34,424 nt of DNA from Bacteroidales bacterium (GTDB taxonomy: Bacteria > Bacteroidota > Bacteroidia > Bacteroidales > WCHB1-69). Positions 13,439-23,258 of this stretch are shown piece by piece (within the stretch, counting starts at the first letter, position 1; every line of letters begins with the position of its first letter). The stretch spans positions 1 to 34,424 of the forward strand of contig JAAYQB010000115.1 in NCBI GenBank assembly GCA_012519525.1. The letters run 5' to 3'. The translations under genes and the position numbers were made by a program. The notes under the pieces were generated by a model that did no database searches, was not told the origin of the DNA, and saw only the letters and a program-made list of their open reading frames with translations.

Positions 13439-16219
13439 TTACACCACAAAATTCACGATTTTTTTAGGAACAATAATTATTTTTTTAGGCGTAGCTCCTT
13501 TGAGCCATTTTTGAGTTTCGGGTGCTTGAAGAACGGCTTTTTCTATTTCATCTTTGTTCATATCAATCGGTAAGCTAAGCACAAAACGCATTTTCCCGTT
13601 AAACGAAATAGGATAATTATACGCCGATTCGGTTAAATATTTGGTTTCCAAAACAGGAAATGACGCATAGCTAATGCTTTCTTTATTTCCTAATAGTGAC
13701 CATAGCTCTTCGGCTATATGAGGTGCAAAGGGTGAAATCAAGACGGCAAGAGGCTCTAAAACAGCTCTTTTATTGCATTTTAAATCGCTTAGCTCATTAA
13801 TGCATACCATAAATGCACTAACCGCCGTATTGTAGGACATTTTTTCGATGTCTTCTTCTACTTTTTTAATTGTTTTGTGCAATACTTTTAATTCCTCATC
13901 GGTCGGTATTTCGTTTGTAATACAAAATTGCTCTTGTGCATCATGGTATAACTTCCAAAACTTTCTTAAAAAACGAAATACCCCTTCTATTCCTTTGATA
14001 TCCCAAGGTTTCGATTGTTCGAGAGGTCCTAAAAACATTTCATACATTCGCAGCGTATCGGCACCGTATTTTTCGATAATATCATCGGGATTTTGCACAT
14101 TGTACAATGATTTCGACATTTTCTCGATTTCGTGTCCGCAGATGTATTTTCCGTTTTCCAATATGAATTCCGCATTTTCGTATTCGGAACGCCATTTTTT
14201 AAAAGCATCCAAATCTAAAACATCATTATCTACAATATTGATATCAACATGAATAGCGTCCGTATCGTATTGTTCTTTCAGGTGATAAGAAACAAAAGTA
14301 TTCGTTCCTTTCACACGATACACAAAATTAGACCTGCCTTGTATCATGCCCTGATTGACTAATTTTTGGAAAGGCTCGTCCATATAGGTTAAGCCTAAGT
14401 CGTAGAGAAATTTATTCCAAAAACGTGAATACAATAAATGTCCCGTAGCATGCTCAACCCCACCTATGTACAGGTCCACATTTTTCCAATATTTATTGAT
14501 TTCTCTAGAAAAATACTCTTTGTCATTTTTCGGGTCCATATAGCGTAAATAGTAGGCGTTGGAACCTGCAAATCCGGGCATAGTATTGTAATCGAGACGA
14601 TAGCCATTGTAAGTCCAGTTTTTAGCACGTGCCAAAGGCGGTTCCCCTTCCGAAGTGGGCAAATAAGCATCTATATCGGGCAATCGCAAAGGCAATTCCG
14701 ATTCGGGCAGTGTATAAGGAAGACCCTCTTTGTAATAAATCGGAAAAGGCTCACCCCAATAGCGCTGACGGCTGAATATAACATCTCTTAAACGGTAATT
14801 AACAGTACCATAACCTATTTTTAAATCAATAATTTTTTCAATGACTTTTGTCATCGCTTTTTCCACTTCCATGCCGTTGATAAAATCGGAATTGATACAA
14901 GTGCCGTTTTTTGTTTCTTTAGCATCAGTCCACGCAGCAATGTCTTCGGCTTGCTCTCCTATTGGAAGAATTACTTGTGTTATAGGCAATTGAAAATGTC
15001 GTGCAAAAGCAAAATCGCGACTGTCGTGTGCCGGAACCGCCATAATGGCTCCCGTTCCGTATCCAATCAATACATAATCGGATATCCAAATAGGAAGCAA
15101 GGTTTTAGTAAAAGGATGAACGACATAAGAACCTGTAAATACACCGCTTATCTTTTTTACTTCTGCCAATCGTTCGCGTTCGCATCTGTTTTTCGCTTGT
15201 TCTATATATTGCTCTACAGCTTGTGCTTGCTCGGCAGTAGTCAAACACTTAACAAGCGGATGTTCAGGGGCTAACACCATAAAGCTAACGCCAAAAATCG
15301 TATCGGGACGTGTCGTAAACACATCTAATGTAGCTTTTTGATTTTGAATAGGAAACCGTATAAATGCACCTTCGCTTCTTCCTATCCAATTGCGTTGTAT
15401 TTCTTTTAAGGAATCCGACCAATCTATTCTGTTTAAACCTTCCAACAATCTATCTGCGTAAGCTGTGATTCGTAAAAACCACTGTTTCATCGAGCGTTGT
15501 TCTACCGGACAACCTCCCCTCACCGATGTTCCATTGACTACTTCGTCGTTTGCCAATACGGTTCCTAAGCCCGGACACCAATTGACCATACAATCGGAAA
15601 GATAGGCTAAACGATAATGCATTAATAGCTCTTGCTTTTCTTTTTCCGTTTTGCTGTTCCATTGTTCAGCAGTCAATTGCAATTTGCTGTCGGTTGCTGC
15701 ATGGGTGTCTTTAGTTCCCGACTGCTCCAAGATTTCTATTAAACGACTAATCGGCTGAGCTTTTTGTGTACGATGACAGTAGTAATGATTAAATAATTGA
15801 ATAAAAGTCCATTGCGTCCATTTATAATAGGCAGGGTCTGATGTTCTCACTTCCCTATCCCAATCAAACGATAAACCCAATTTATCCAATTGTTCTTTAT
15901 AGCGTTGGATGTTTTTTTCGGTAGTAATAGCGGGATGTTGTCCCGTTTGTATAGCATATTGTTCGGCGGGCAAGCCAAAAGCATCAAAACCCATAGGATG
16001 AAGCACATTATAGCCTTTTAAACGTTTATAGCGACTATAAATATCGCTTGCAATGTATCCTAAAGGATGTCCCACATGCAATCCCGAACCCGAAGGATAA
16101 GGAAACATATCCAATATATAAAACTTGGGCTTTGACGAAAAGTTTTCCGCTTTAAAAGTTTTATTTTCCGCCCAATATTTTCTCCATCTATTTTCTATAT
16201 CATTGAAATTATATTCCAT
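13439..16219 (-). CDS. leuS: Leucyl-tRNA synthetase
   Basis: 926 aa. The N-terminus [22 protein letters not shown]...[18 protein letters not shown] contains the HIGH motif. A KMSKS motif ([10 protein letters not shown]) is present. Length and overall pattern are typical of bacterial LeuRS. Confidence 0.97.
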   Translation of the reverse strand: MEYNFNDIENRWRKYWAENKTFKAENFSSKPKFYILDMFPYPSGSGLHVGHPLGYIASDIYSRYKRLKGYNVLHPMGFDAFGLPAEQYAIQTGQHPAITTEKNIQRYKEQLDKLGLSFDWDREVRTSDPAYYKWTQWTFIQLFNHYYCHRTQKAQPISRLIEILEQSGTKDTHAATDSKLQLTAEQWNSKTEKEKQELLMHYRLAYLSDCMVNWCPGLGTVLANDEVVNGTSVRGGCPVEQRSMKQWFLRITAYADRLLEGLNRIDWSDSLKEIQRNWIGRSEGAFIRFPIQNQKATLDVFTTRPDTIFGVSFMVLAPEHPLVKCLTTAEQAQAVEQYIEQAKNRCERERLAEVKKISGVFTGSYVVHPFTKTLLPIWISDYVLIGYGTGAIMAVPAHDSRDFAFARHFQLPITQVILPIGEQAEDIAAWTDAKETKNGTCINSDFINGMEVEKAMTKVIEKIIDLKIGYGTVNYRLRDVIFSRQRYWGEPFPIYYKEGLPYTLPESELPLRLPDIDAYLPTSEGEPPLARAKNWTYNGYRLDYNTMPGFAGSNAYYLRYMDPKNDKEYFSREINKYWKNVDLYIGGVEHATGHLLYSRFWNKFLYDLGLTYMDEPFQKLVNQGMIQGRSNFVYRVKGTNTFVSYHLKEQYDTDAIHVDINIVDNDVLDLDAFKKWRSEYENAEFILENGKYICGHEIEKMSKSLYNVQNPDDIIEKYGADTLRMYEMFLGPLEQSKPWDIKGIEGVFRFLRKFWKLYHDAQEQFCITNEIPTDEELKVLHKTIKKVEEDIEKMSYNTAVSAFMVCINELSDLKCNKRAVLEPLAVLISPFAPHIAEELWSLLGNKESISYASFPVLETKYLTESAYNYPISFNGKMRFVLSLPIDMNKDEIEKAVLQAPETQKWLKGATPKKIIIVPKKIVNFVV

Positions 16220-16250
16220 ATCTTGTATTTTGCCATATTTAAAAATTTTG

Positions 16251-16258
16251 CAAAGATA
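16251..16258 (-). promoter_or_regulatory. Bacteroidetes -7 box (TATCTTTG on the minus strand) upstream of leuS
   Basis: The plus strand reads caaagata, 32 nt upstream of the leuS start at 16219. Confidence 0.4.
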
Positions 16259-16306
16259 GTAAAATAAAAATAATGATTGGATAATCCAATTAAGATTAAA
16301 CTATTT

Positions 16307-17617
16307 TCATTCTTCTATTCTACGGATATTTGCTCCTATATTCTGCAAACGAATATCAATGTTTTGATAACCTCTATCTATCTGTTCTATATTGTATATC
16401 GTACTTTTTCCATTTGCCGAAAGTGCTGCTATCAGCAACGCTACTCCTGCTCTGATATCGGGCGAACTCATGGTAGTACCTCTTAATGGGAATTGATGAT
16501 TTAAGCCGATAACAGTTGCTCGGTGAGGGTCGCATAAAATAATTTGTGCTCCCATATCAATCAATTTATCAACGAAAAACAAACGGCTCTCAAACATCTT
16601 TTGATGAATCAACACACTTCCTTTCGCCTGAATAGCAGTTACTAAGACAATACTAATAAGGTCGGGCGTAAAACCGGGCCAAGGGGCATCGGCAATGGTC
16701 ATAATAGAGCCGTCCATAAAAGTTTCTACTTCATAACTCGATTGAGCGGGAATGTATAAATCCTCTCCTTTACGTTCCATTTGTATGCCTAAACGTTGGA
16801 AAATTTTAGGAATAATACCCAAATGCTCATAGCCCACATTTTTAATTGTAATTTCGGACTGTGTAATGGCTGCCATTCCTATAAAACTTCCTATTTCAAT
16901 CATATCGGGCAACAAACGATGAGTGGTACCATGCAGTTCTTTAACACCTTCTATAACGAGTAAATTAGAGCCTACGCCGCTGATTTTAGCTCCCATTCTG
17001 TTCAGCATAGTGCATAGTTGATACAGATAAGGTTCGCAGGCTGCATTGAAAATGGTCGTTTTTCCTTCGGCTAAAACAGCCGCCATTACGATATTGGCAG
17101 TTGCCGTTACCGAAGCTTCTTCAAGGTGCATATAACATCCCTTTAATTGCCTGGTTGTTAGCTTATACAGCATTTTATCTTTGCACACTTCCATTTCCGC
17201 ACCCAAATTCAGCAAGCCGACGAAGTGAATATCTAATTTCCTACGACCTATTTTATCGCCTCCGGGCTGCGGTGCCATTCCTTTCTTAAATCTTGCCAAC
17301 AAAGGACCTAAAATCATAATAGAGCCTCGCAAGCGATTAGCTTGTTTAATAAAATCATCCGTTTGTAAATAGTCGAAATCAACATCAACGCTTTCAAAAG
17401 AATAAGTGTCGGACGAAAGCTGCACCACTTTAACACCCATTGCCCTTAATAGCCCGATAAGTCTATTCACATCAAGTATATTAGGAATATTGGAAACAAC
17501 AACTTTTTCTTTTGTCAATAAAACTGCACAAAGTATTTGTAATGCTTCGTTTTTAGCTCCTTGTGGAATCAATTCTCCTTTTAATCGATTACCGCCTACT
17601 ATTTCAAATTTTGCCAT
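16307..17617 (-). CDS. murA: UDP-N-acetylglucosamine 1-carboxyvinyltransferase (Asp variant at the catalytic Cys position)
   Basis: 436 aa. MAKFEIVGGNRLKGELIPQGAKNEALQILCAVLLT is a canonical MurA N-terminus. The active-site loop reads PQPGGDKIGRRKLD. Confidence 0.95.
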   Translation of the reverse strand: MAKFEIVGGNRLKGELIPQGAKNEALQILCAVLLTKEKVVVSNIPNILDVNRLIGLLRAMGVKVVQLSSDTYSFESVDVDFDYLQTDDFIKQANRLRGSIMILGPLLARFKKGMAPQPGGDKIGRRKLDIHFVGLLNLGAEMEVCKDKMLYKLTTRQLKGCYMHLEEASVTATANIVMAAVLAEGKTTIFNAACEPYLYQLCTMLNRMGAKISGVGSNLLVIEGVKELHGTTHRLLPDMIEIGSFIGMAAITQSEITIKNVGYEHLGIIPKIFQRLGIQMERKGEDLYIPAQSSYEVETFMDGSIMTIADAPWPGFTPDLISIVLVTAIQAKGSVLIHQKMFESRLFFVDKLIDMGAQIILCDPHRATVIGLNHQFPLRGTTMSSPDIRAGVALLIAALSANGKSTIYNIEQIDRGYQNIDIRLQNIGANIRRIEE

Positions 17618-17653
17618 GATGAATCTTTTTATATGTTATACTGTTTAATTTTT

Positions 17654-18973
17654 TCAATAATGAGTAATTTTTAACGCTGTTTTAGAAGATGTTGTCAAGC
17701 GATAACGATTATCCGAACGCTTGCCTATCACCCAAAGAATATCTCCATTTCCATTGCAAAGCAAATCTATTTCCTGCTTTTCAAATAAAGACATTTTATT
17801 ATCAATAAAAAAATCGCTTAATTTCTTGCTCCCTTTCATACCGAAAGGAAAAAACACATCGCCTTCTTTCCATTTGCGAACAAGCAAAGGAAATTCTATT
17901 TTATCCGCATCAAAATAAGCTACTTCTGTCCTATCTTCTATTTCAAAACCTTGACAATAAGGCAAACGTTCCAACAATAAACGATATTCTTGCATTTTAT
18001 TATTCGCAAATCTATCTTCTATCACTATAAAAGCAGCTTGTTTTTCAATAGATTTTATTTGAATACTATTTCTATCTTTTAACAAACAATAAGCGGAAGA
18101 ATAAAACATTTTTCCCGACTCATTGTCTAAAATGTCGACGATATTTTCCGTTTGAGTCCTATTAAATCCAAAAGGACTGATAAATTCGTATAAGTAAGTC
18201 GTAAGGTTGTTTAGTTGTTTTAGCTTTTGTATATCAATCGTATAGACAGCATCGTTTTCCGTCATCATTTCCGCCTCTACCTCCTTGATGTGCTGACTGT
18301 AAATCGCTTCTTGTTGTTGTAATATTTCGATGGTTTCGTGTAACACATCATCATAATTGGCTTGCATTTGTTTCAATTTGGGCAAGATATGATGTCGAAT
18401 ATAATTTCTCCTATAATAGTCGTCTTCATTTGATTTGTCTTCTCGGTAAGCAAGTCCGAATTGATCGGCATAAGCAATTATTTCTTGACGACTAAAACGC
18501 AAAATAGGACGAATAATGTGTTCGTTTTTCTCTTTGATTCCACACAAACCTTTTATGCCTGTTTTGCGAAGCATATTGATAAAAAACGTCTCTAACACAT
18601 CATCGCGTTGATGAGCGGTAGCAATGCAGTCGTATTGTATTTCTCGCATCAGCGAATGAAACCAATCGTATCTTAATTCTCTGGCTGCCATCTGTATGGA
18701 AATACCGCATTTTTCGGCATAGCCTTGCGTATCGAAGCGAACGGAATAAAAAGGAATATCGTAGTGCAAAGCCAATTGTTTGACAAAATTTTCGTCCTCG
18801 TCGGCATCTTTTCCTCTCAATTGAAAATTACAGTGAGCAATAGACACATTATAAGAGGTTTGCTTAAACAAATGCAGCATAACCACCGAGTCTATTCCAC
18901 CGCTAACCGCCAACAACACCTTATCGGAAGGACGGATTAAAGTGCTTATATGTAAGAAAAATCTGTCAATCAT
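17654..18973 (-). CDS. tilS: tRNA(Ile)-lysidine synthetase
   Basis: 439 aa. PP-loop motif LLAVSGGIDSVVM. Length and the C-terminal domain are typical of TilS. Confidence 0.9.
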   Translation of the reverse strand: MIDRFFLHISTLIRPSDKVLLAVSGGIDSVVMLHLFKQTSYNVSIAHCNFQLRGKDADEDENFVKQLALHYDIPFYSVRFDTQGYAEKCGISIQMAARELRYDWFHSLMREIQYDCIATAHQRDDVLETFFINMLRKTGIKGLCGIKEKNEHIIRPILRFSRQEIIAYADQFGLAYREDKSNEDDYYRRNYIRHHILPKLKQMQANYDDVLHETIEILQQQEAIYSQHIKEVEAEMMTENDAVYTIDIQKLKQLNNLTTYLYEFISPFGFNRTQTENIVDILDNESGKMFYSSAYCLLKDRNSIQIKSIEKQAAFIVIEDRFANNKMQEYRLLLERLPYCQGFEIEDRTEVAYFDADKIEFPLLVRKWKEGDVFFPFGMKGSKKLSDFFIDNKMSLFEKQEIDLLCNGNGDILWVIGKRSDNRYRLTTSSKTALKITHY

Positions 18974-19134
18974 ACATTAAAAAACAAGTAGAAAAAGCCA
19001 AATAGATAAAAAATTATTCGGTTATTTTTTTATATGCAAAGGTACAACAAATATATAAATAGAAAATAAGATAGTAACAATTAAATTAAAATAAAAAAAA
19101 CAATAATTTGTATGATTTATCGTTTGTTTTGCAC

Positions 19135-19142
19135 TATCTTTG
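19135..19142 (+). promoter_or_regulatory. Bacteroidetes -7 box (TATCTTTG) upstream of the DPSL gene
   Basis: TAnnTTTG match, 62 nt upstream of the ATG at 19204. Confidence 0.4.
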
Positions 19143-19203
19143 TTATGTTTAGAATATAATAAAATATAAATAAATCATTTAATAATCATTAACACACATT
19201 ATT

Positions 19204-19716
19204 ATGGGAAAAGAAGCAAGAAAAGTATCAGCACTTGATATTAAAAAATTAATAAAAATGCTAAATGCTGCTTTATCGGAAGAGTGGTTGGCATACTATC
19301 AATATTGGATAGGTGCTCGTTTAATGGAAGGACCTATGCGAAGCGAAGTAGAAGCCGAACTATTGGTTCATGCCGACGAAGAATTAGGACATGCCGTATT
19401 GGTTGCCGATAGAATTATTCAATTAGGCGGAACGCCCGTTATCAATCCGAAAGACTGGATGAAATTAGCAGGTTGCGGCTATGCAGAGCCGGCAGATCCT
19501 TATATTGAAGTGATTCTTGAGCAAAACTTAACAGGCGAACGCTGTGCCATACAACGTTATCAAGAAATTGCCGATTTCACTGCTGGTAAAGACTTTGCAA
19601 CACACCAAATGGCAGTACAAATTTTAAACGATGAGTTGGAACACGAAGAAGATCTCGAATCTTGGCTGAAAGACATTCATCGCTTAAAAGAAGAAATCAA
19701 AAAGATAAGATTATAA
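19204..19716 (+). CDS. Dps-like (DPSL) ferritin-superfamily antioxidant protein
   Basis: 170 aa. LDIKKLIKMLNAA..., di-iron ligand-type EELGH and ELEHEED, and the cysteine pair AGCGY / ERCAIQ. As I recall it, the Sulfolobus solfataricus DPSL has ...LDIKKLVDKL..., SACSDAY, EQCAIR and EEIEHE. Confidence 0.75.
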   Translation: MGKEARKVSALDIKKLIKMLNAALSEEWLAYYQYWIGARLMEGPMRSEVEAELLVHADEELGHAVLVADRIIQLGGTPVINPKDWMKLAGCGYAEPADPYIEVILEQNLTGERCAIQRYQEIADFTAGKDFATHQMAVQILNDELEHEEDLESWLKDIHRLKEEIKKIRL

Positions 19717-19733
19717 CACATTGTCACATTAGG

Positions 19734-19768
19734 ATAGCTATGGAATCTTTTCCATAGCTATTTTTTTT
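19734..19768 (+). terminator. Rho-independent terminator after the DPSL gene
   Basis: Perfect 12-bp stem, atagctatggaa (19734-19745) with ttccatagctat (19750-19761). The loop is tctt, and the stem is followed by a T8 run. Confidence 0.8.
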
Positions 19769-20119
19769 GTAAAAATGAATTTTTCCACAAAAAGAGCTAC
19801 CATTAATTTTCGCATAAAAATATAGCTTGAAAAATTGCCATTAATAGCCGTATGTTTTTTCTAAAAAAAACACCTTTTCCTTCCAAATTATGCTATTTTT
19901 TCCAAAAACGGAATAACAATAAAAATGAAATAAAAAATCATTTTCGAGATAAAACATCAATATTTGAAGTAGTTAAGTTGAAAATAACACTGTTTTTATA
20001 AACTGTTAATAATATGACAATTAAATATTTATTAAAATTTTTCTATCAGATTATCCACTTATTAACATTTAGCTATTGAAACATTATTATAAAATAAGCG
20101 TAATATCAAAAAAAAATTG

Positions 20120-20127
20120 TACTTTTG
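20120..20127 (+). promoter_or_regulatory. Bacteroidetes -7 box (TACTTTTG) upstream of the zeta-like kinase gene
   Basis: TAnnTTTG match, 82 nt upstream of the ATG at 20209 and only 16 nt upstream of the alternative ATG at 20143. Confidence 0.4.
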
Positions 20128-20208
20128 CAAAGTTGATAAACCATGTTTTGGATGTATAAACATTTATTAAGAAAATATTATTTTTTCATCTTGAAAAAAA
20201 CGAAACAA

Positions 20209-20778
20209 ATGCCCAATTTATTTATTATTTCCGGATGTAACGGTGCAGGCAAAACAACTGCGTCTTTAACCGTATTACCCGAAACTTTAGCCTGTTTAGA
20301 GTTTTTAAATGCCGATGAAATTGCACGTGGTTTATCCCCTTTAAACCCTGAGAAATCAGCGATAGAAGCAGGTACTGTGGTAATTAAAAAGATAGAGCAA
20401 CTCTTGGAAAGCAAAACCGATTTTGCAGTAGAAACCACTTTATCAACGAAAATGTTTGCCAAAACAATAGAAAAAGCAAGACAACTTGGCTATACGATTA
20501 CCTTGCTTTACTTCTGGCTCGATTCCATTGAGTTGGCAGTCGAAAGGGTAAAAATAAGAGTAACCGAAGGCGGACACAATGTGCCTCCTTCTACCATTGC
20601 TCGCAGGTATCTTTCAGGATTGAAAAACTTATTTAATTTATATATTCCTATTTGCGATTATTGGATGATTTTTGATAACTCAAAAATGCACGCCGAGCTT
20701 ATCGCAGAAGGATATTTTAAAGACAACATTAACATCAAGAACAATAATACTTATAGTAACATAAAAAAGTTAGCTTAA
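20209..20778 (+). CDS. Zeta-toxin-family P-loop kinase/ATPase (COG4185-like)
   Basis: From the Met at 20209: MPNLFIISGCNGAGKTT (Walker A close to the N-terminus, as in this family), then FLNADEIARGL and VETTLS. The track start at 20143 would add 22 atypical residues. Confidence 0.7.
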   Translation: MPNLFIISGCNGAGKTTASLTVLPETLACLEFLNADEIARGLSPLNPEKSAIEAGTVVIKKIEQLLESKTDFAVETTLSTKMFAKTIEKARQLGYTITLLYFWLDSIELAVERVKIRVTEGGHNVPPSTIARRYLSGLKNLFNLYIPICDYWMIFDNSKMHAELIAEGYFKDNINIKNNNTYSNIKKLA

Positions 20779-20779
20779 T

Positions 20780-20932
20780 ATGACAAAGAAAAACAACAGT
20801 ATTAGAGAAAAAATTCTTTTAGGATTAGAGCTTACGCACACGAAATTAATTCGTACTAAGAAAGAAAGAAACTTTGTATTAGTAGTTTCCGATGAAGGAA
20901 AAGTAGTAAGGGTAAACCCAAAAAACTTATAA
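20780..20932 (+). CDS. 50-aa ORF immediately downstream of the zeta-like gene (possible partner/antitoxin)
   Basis: Not in the ORF track because it is under 60 aa. The ATG at 20780 lies 1 nt after the TAA at 20776-20778. Translation: MTKKNNSIREKILLGLELTHTKLIRTKKERNFVLVVSDEGKVVRVNPKNL, stop at 20930-20932. Confidence 0.4.
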   Translation: MTKKNNSIREKILLGLELTHTKLIRTKKERNFVLVVSDEGKVVRVNPKNL

Positions 20933-21154
20933 GCATTTTCCATTTCTTAGCATCCGAATTAATTGGCTGATAAATAACCATTTAGCCAAGAGCAGCATAA
21001 AAGATAAATCCCCATCTATTTTTAATTTTTAAAAAAGTGGATGGTTTTACTATGCACCTACCCTATCCTTCATAGAAATTTAATTGAAGAAAAAAAATAA
21101 TTCTCTTTCCTTTGCGTTTATTGTATCGCCTTGGCATTTGTCAAGATAAATTTT

Positions 21155-22315
21155 ATGATTTTGCCTATGAAGAGTTCGTATTTTTTAATTTTTATTTCCA
21201 TTGTAAGCATCGTTTATTTTTCTCTGCATTACTACCTGTATATAAGAGCAATGCAGGTGTTTTCTTTTCCCGTAGGAATTAAAAAATACATTTCCATTGC
21301 ATATATACTGCTGTCAAGTTTTTTTATTATAGGCATGTTTTTACAGCACTCTTATTCATCCTTATTGAGTGATATCATTTATAAAATAGGTGCTATATGG
21401 CTTGTCTTTTTTCTGTATTTTCTACTCACGGTCGTTTTTATCGATTGTATACGCTTATTGGATTACTTTTTTCATTTTTTACCTGCTTACTCTTCCTTTC
21501 AAAAAACAGTGCTTGGAAGTGTTGTTGTCGGCGTCGTTGCTTTGACGGTATTAATAGGTCATATCAATGCCAAATCAATACGCATAAACAACATTAACTT
21601 ACAAATAAACAAACAAATAGAAGGAAATAAAACGTTAACTATTCTTATGGTTTCCGATGTCCACTTAGGTGCCGTTATCGGCGAAAAAGGGGAAAAGAAA
21701 CTTTTGCAGATAGTCGAAGAACAACAACCTGATTTAGTTTTACTTTGCGGCGATATAATTGATGGAAACATAGCTAGCCTACGAAGAAAAAATTTAGGCA
21801 AACATCTTCAACAAATGAAAGCACCGCTTGGCGTATTTGCCGTAAGCGGCAATCACGAATACATTGGCAATATAGAACTTGCTATGGATTTTTTAGAAAA
21901 CTGTAATATTAAAGTATTACAAGACCAAGCTATTACACTGAGCAATGGTATACAAATAGTCGGCAGAAAAGACAGACAAAGCAAATACAGTATCAACGAC
22001 ACTCCCCCTCTTCCTTTGAAAAATTTAATAAGCAATTTGGACACTGCACGACCTATTATTGTAATGAAACATCAACCTAATCAATTAAATGAAGCGGCTA
22101 AAAATGCCGTTGATTTGCATTTGTCGGGACATACGCATCACGGACAACTTTGGCCCATTAATTACATTACACAAAGTCTTTTTGAAGTTAGTTATGGCTA
22201 TAAAAAAATCAACAACACTCATTTTTACGTTTCTTCCGGATTTGGCACATGGGGTCCGAATGTACGTATAGGAAACAGACCTGAAGTTGTTTTATTTACT
22301 ATTGAATTTCAATAA
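21155..22315 (+). CDS. Membrane-anchored metallophosphoesterase (YkuE-like calcineurin-fold phosphatase)
   Basis: Four to five N-terminal TM segments, then MVSDVHLG, LCGDIIDG, GNHEY and SGHTHHGQ. The ATG at 21155 is preferred over the TTG at 21131. Confidence 0.85.
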   Translation: MILPMKSSYFLIFISIVSIVYFSLHYYLYIRAMQVFSFPVGIKKYISIAYILLSSFFIIGMFLQHSYSSLLSDIIYKIGAIWLVFFLYFLLTVVFIDCIRLLDYFFHFLPAYSSFQKTVLGSVVVGVVALTVLIGHINAKSIRINNINLQINKQIEGNKTLTILMVSDVHLGAVIGEKGEKKLLQIVEEQQPDLVLLCGDIIDGNIASLRRKNLGKHLQQMKAPLGVFAVSGNHEYIGNIELAMDFLENCNIKVLQDQAITLSNGIQIVGRKDRQSKYSINDTPPLPLKNLISNLDTARPIIVMKHQPNQLNEAAKNAVDLHLSGHTHHGQLWPINYITQSLFEVSYGYKKINNTHFYVSSGFGTWGPNVRIGNRPEVVLFTIEFQ

Positions 22316-22347
22316 ATAATTTAAATTTAACTACAGTGATACTTTAA

Positions 22348-23256
22348 ATGGGGACAACATCTAATTTCGGTGAAATAGCAGCCTTTTTAAGTGCTGTTTT
22401 TTGGACTATTAGTGCCTTACTTTTTAAATCGGCGGGACAAAAAACAGGTGATGTAAACCTCACTATCGTTCGTCTTTTTTTAGGTTTTATCTTTTTAAGC
22501 GTTTTTATTACTTTTTATCGTGGCATGCCCTTCCCTACCGATGCTACTGCAGAACAGTGGTTTTGGCTGAGTTTATCGGGCATAGTCGGTTTTGTATTGA
22601 GCGACCTTTTTCTTTTTAAAGCTTACACCCTTATAGGATTTCGCAACTCGATGTTAATCATGACTCTAATGCCGGCTATTACGGCATTGTTCGGTCGGCT
22701 GTTTTTAAACGAAACCTTATCGTTGATGAATAAATTAGGTATGTTACTCACCATTATCGGTGTTGCTTTAGCTATTTTAAAACGAGAAAAAAAAGACAAA
22801 CATATCTCTGTTAAATCGTCAATCAAAGGAATGTTGTTTGCATTTGTAGGAACTATTGGACAAGCAGGATGTTTAATATTGAGTAAGTTAGGCATGTCAA
22901 ACAACTATAATCCGTTTGCTGCTGCTCAAATCCGCATTATTACCGGACTTATCGGTTTTATGATACTCATTAGTCTTACAAAAAGATGGAAATATGTTTA
23001 TACGGCAGCTATTACTACTATTAAAGCGAAAAAAACCATTATTTTAGAATCAATCTTTGGTCCTTTTTTAGGTGTTTCTTTTTCTTTATTAGCCATTCAA
23101 TACACCAAAACGGGAATTGCTTCCAGCATTATGTCTATCGTGCCTGTTTTACTTATCGTTCCCGTTATTTTCCTTTACAAGCAAAAAACAGCTGTTATAG
23201 AAGCTATCGGTGCTATTATCAGCCTTGTGGGAATTTCTTTGTTTTTTAGTGCGTAA
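22348..23256 (+). CDS. EamA/DMT-family transporter
   Basis: 302 aa, about 10 TM segments arranged as two similar halves, which is typical DMT topology. Confidence 0.7.
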   Translation: MGTTSNFGEIAAFLSAVFWTISALLFKSAGQKTGDVNLTIVRLFLGFIFLSVFITFYRGMPFPTDATAEQWFWLSLSGIVGFVLSDLFLFKAYTLIGFRNSMLIMTLMPAITALFGRLFLNETLSLMNKLGMLLTIIGVALAILKREKKDKHISVKSSIKGMLFAFVGTIGQAGCLILSKLGMSNNYNPFAAAQIRIITGLIGFMILISLTKRWKYVYTAAITTIKAKKTIILESIFGPFLGVSFSLLAIQYTKTGIASSIMSIVPVLLIVPVIFLYKQKTAVIEAIGAIISLVGISLFFSA

Positions 23257-23258
23257 AA

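Noticed and set aside
19769-20119. The long gene-free AT-rich stretch as a riboswitch or sRNA gene.
   Set aside because: There is no recognisable conserved riboswitch core or stable hairpin, only repeated ttttcc(a)aaaa words. It is mentioned within the zeta-module finding as something RNA-seq could resolve.
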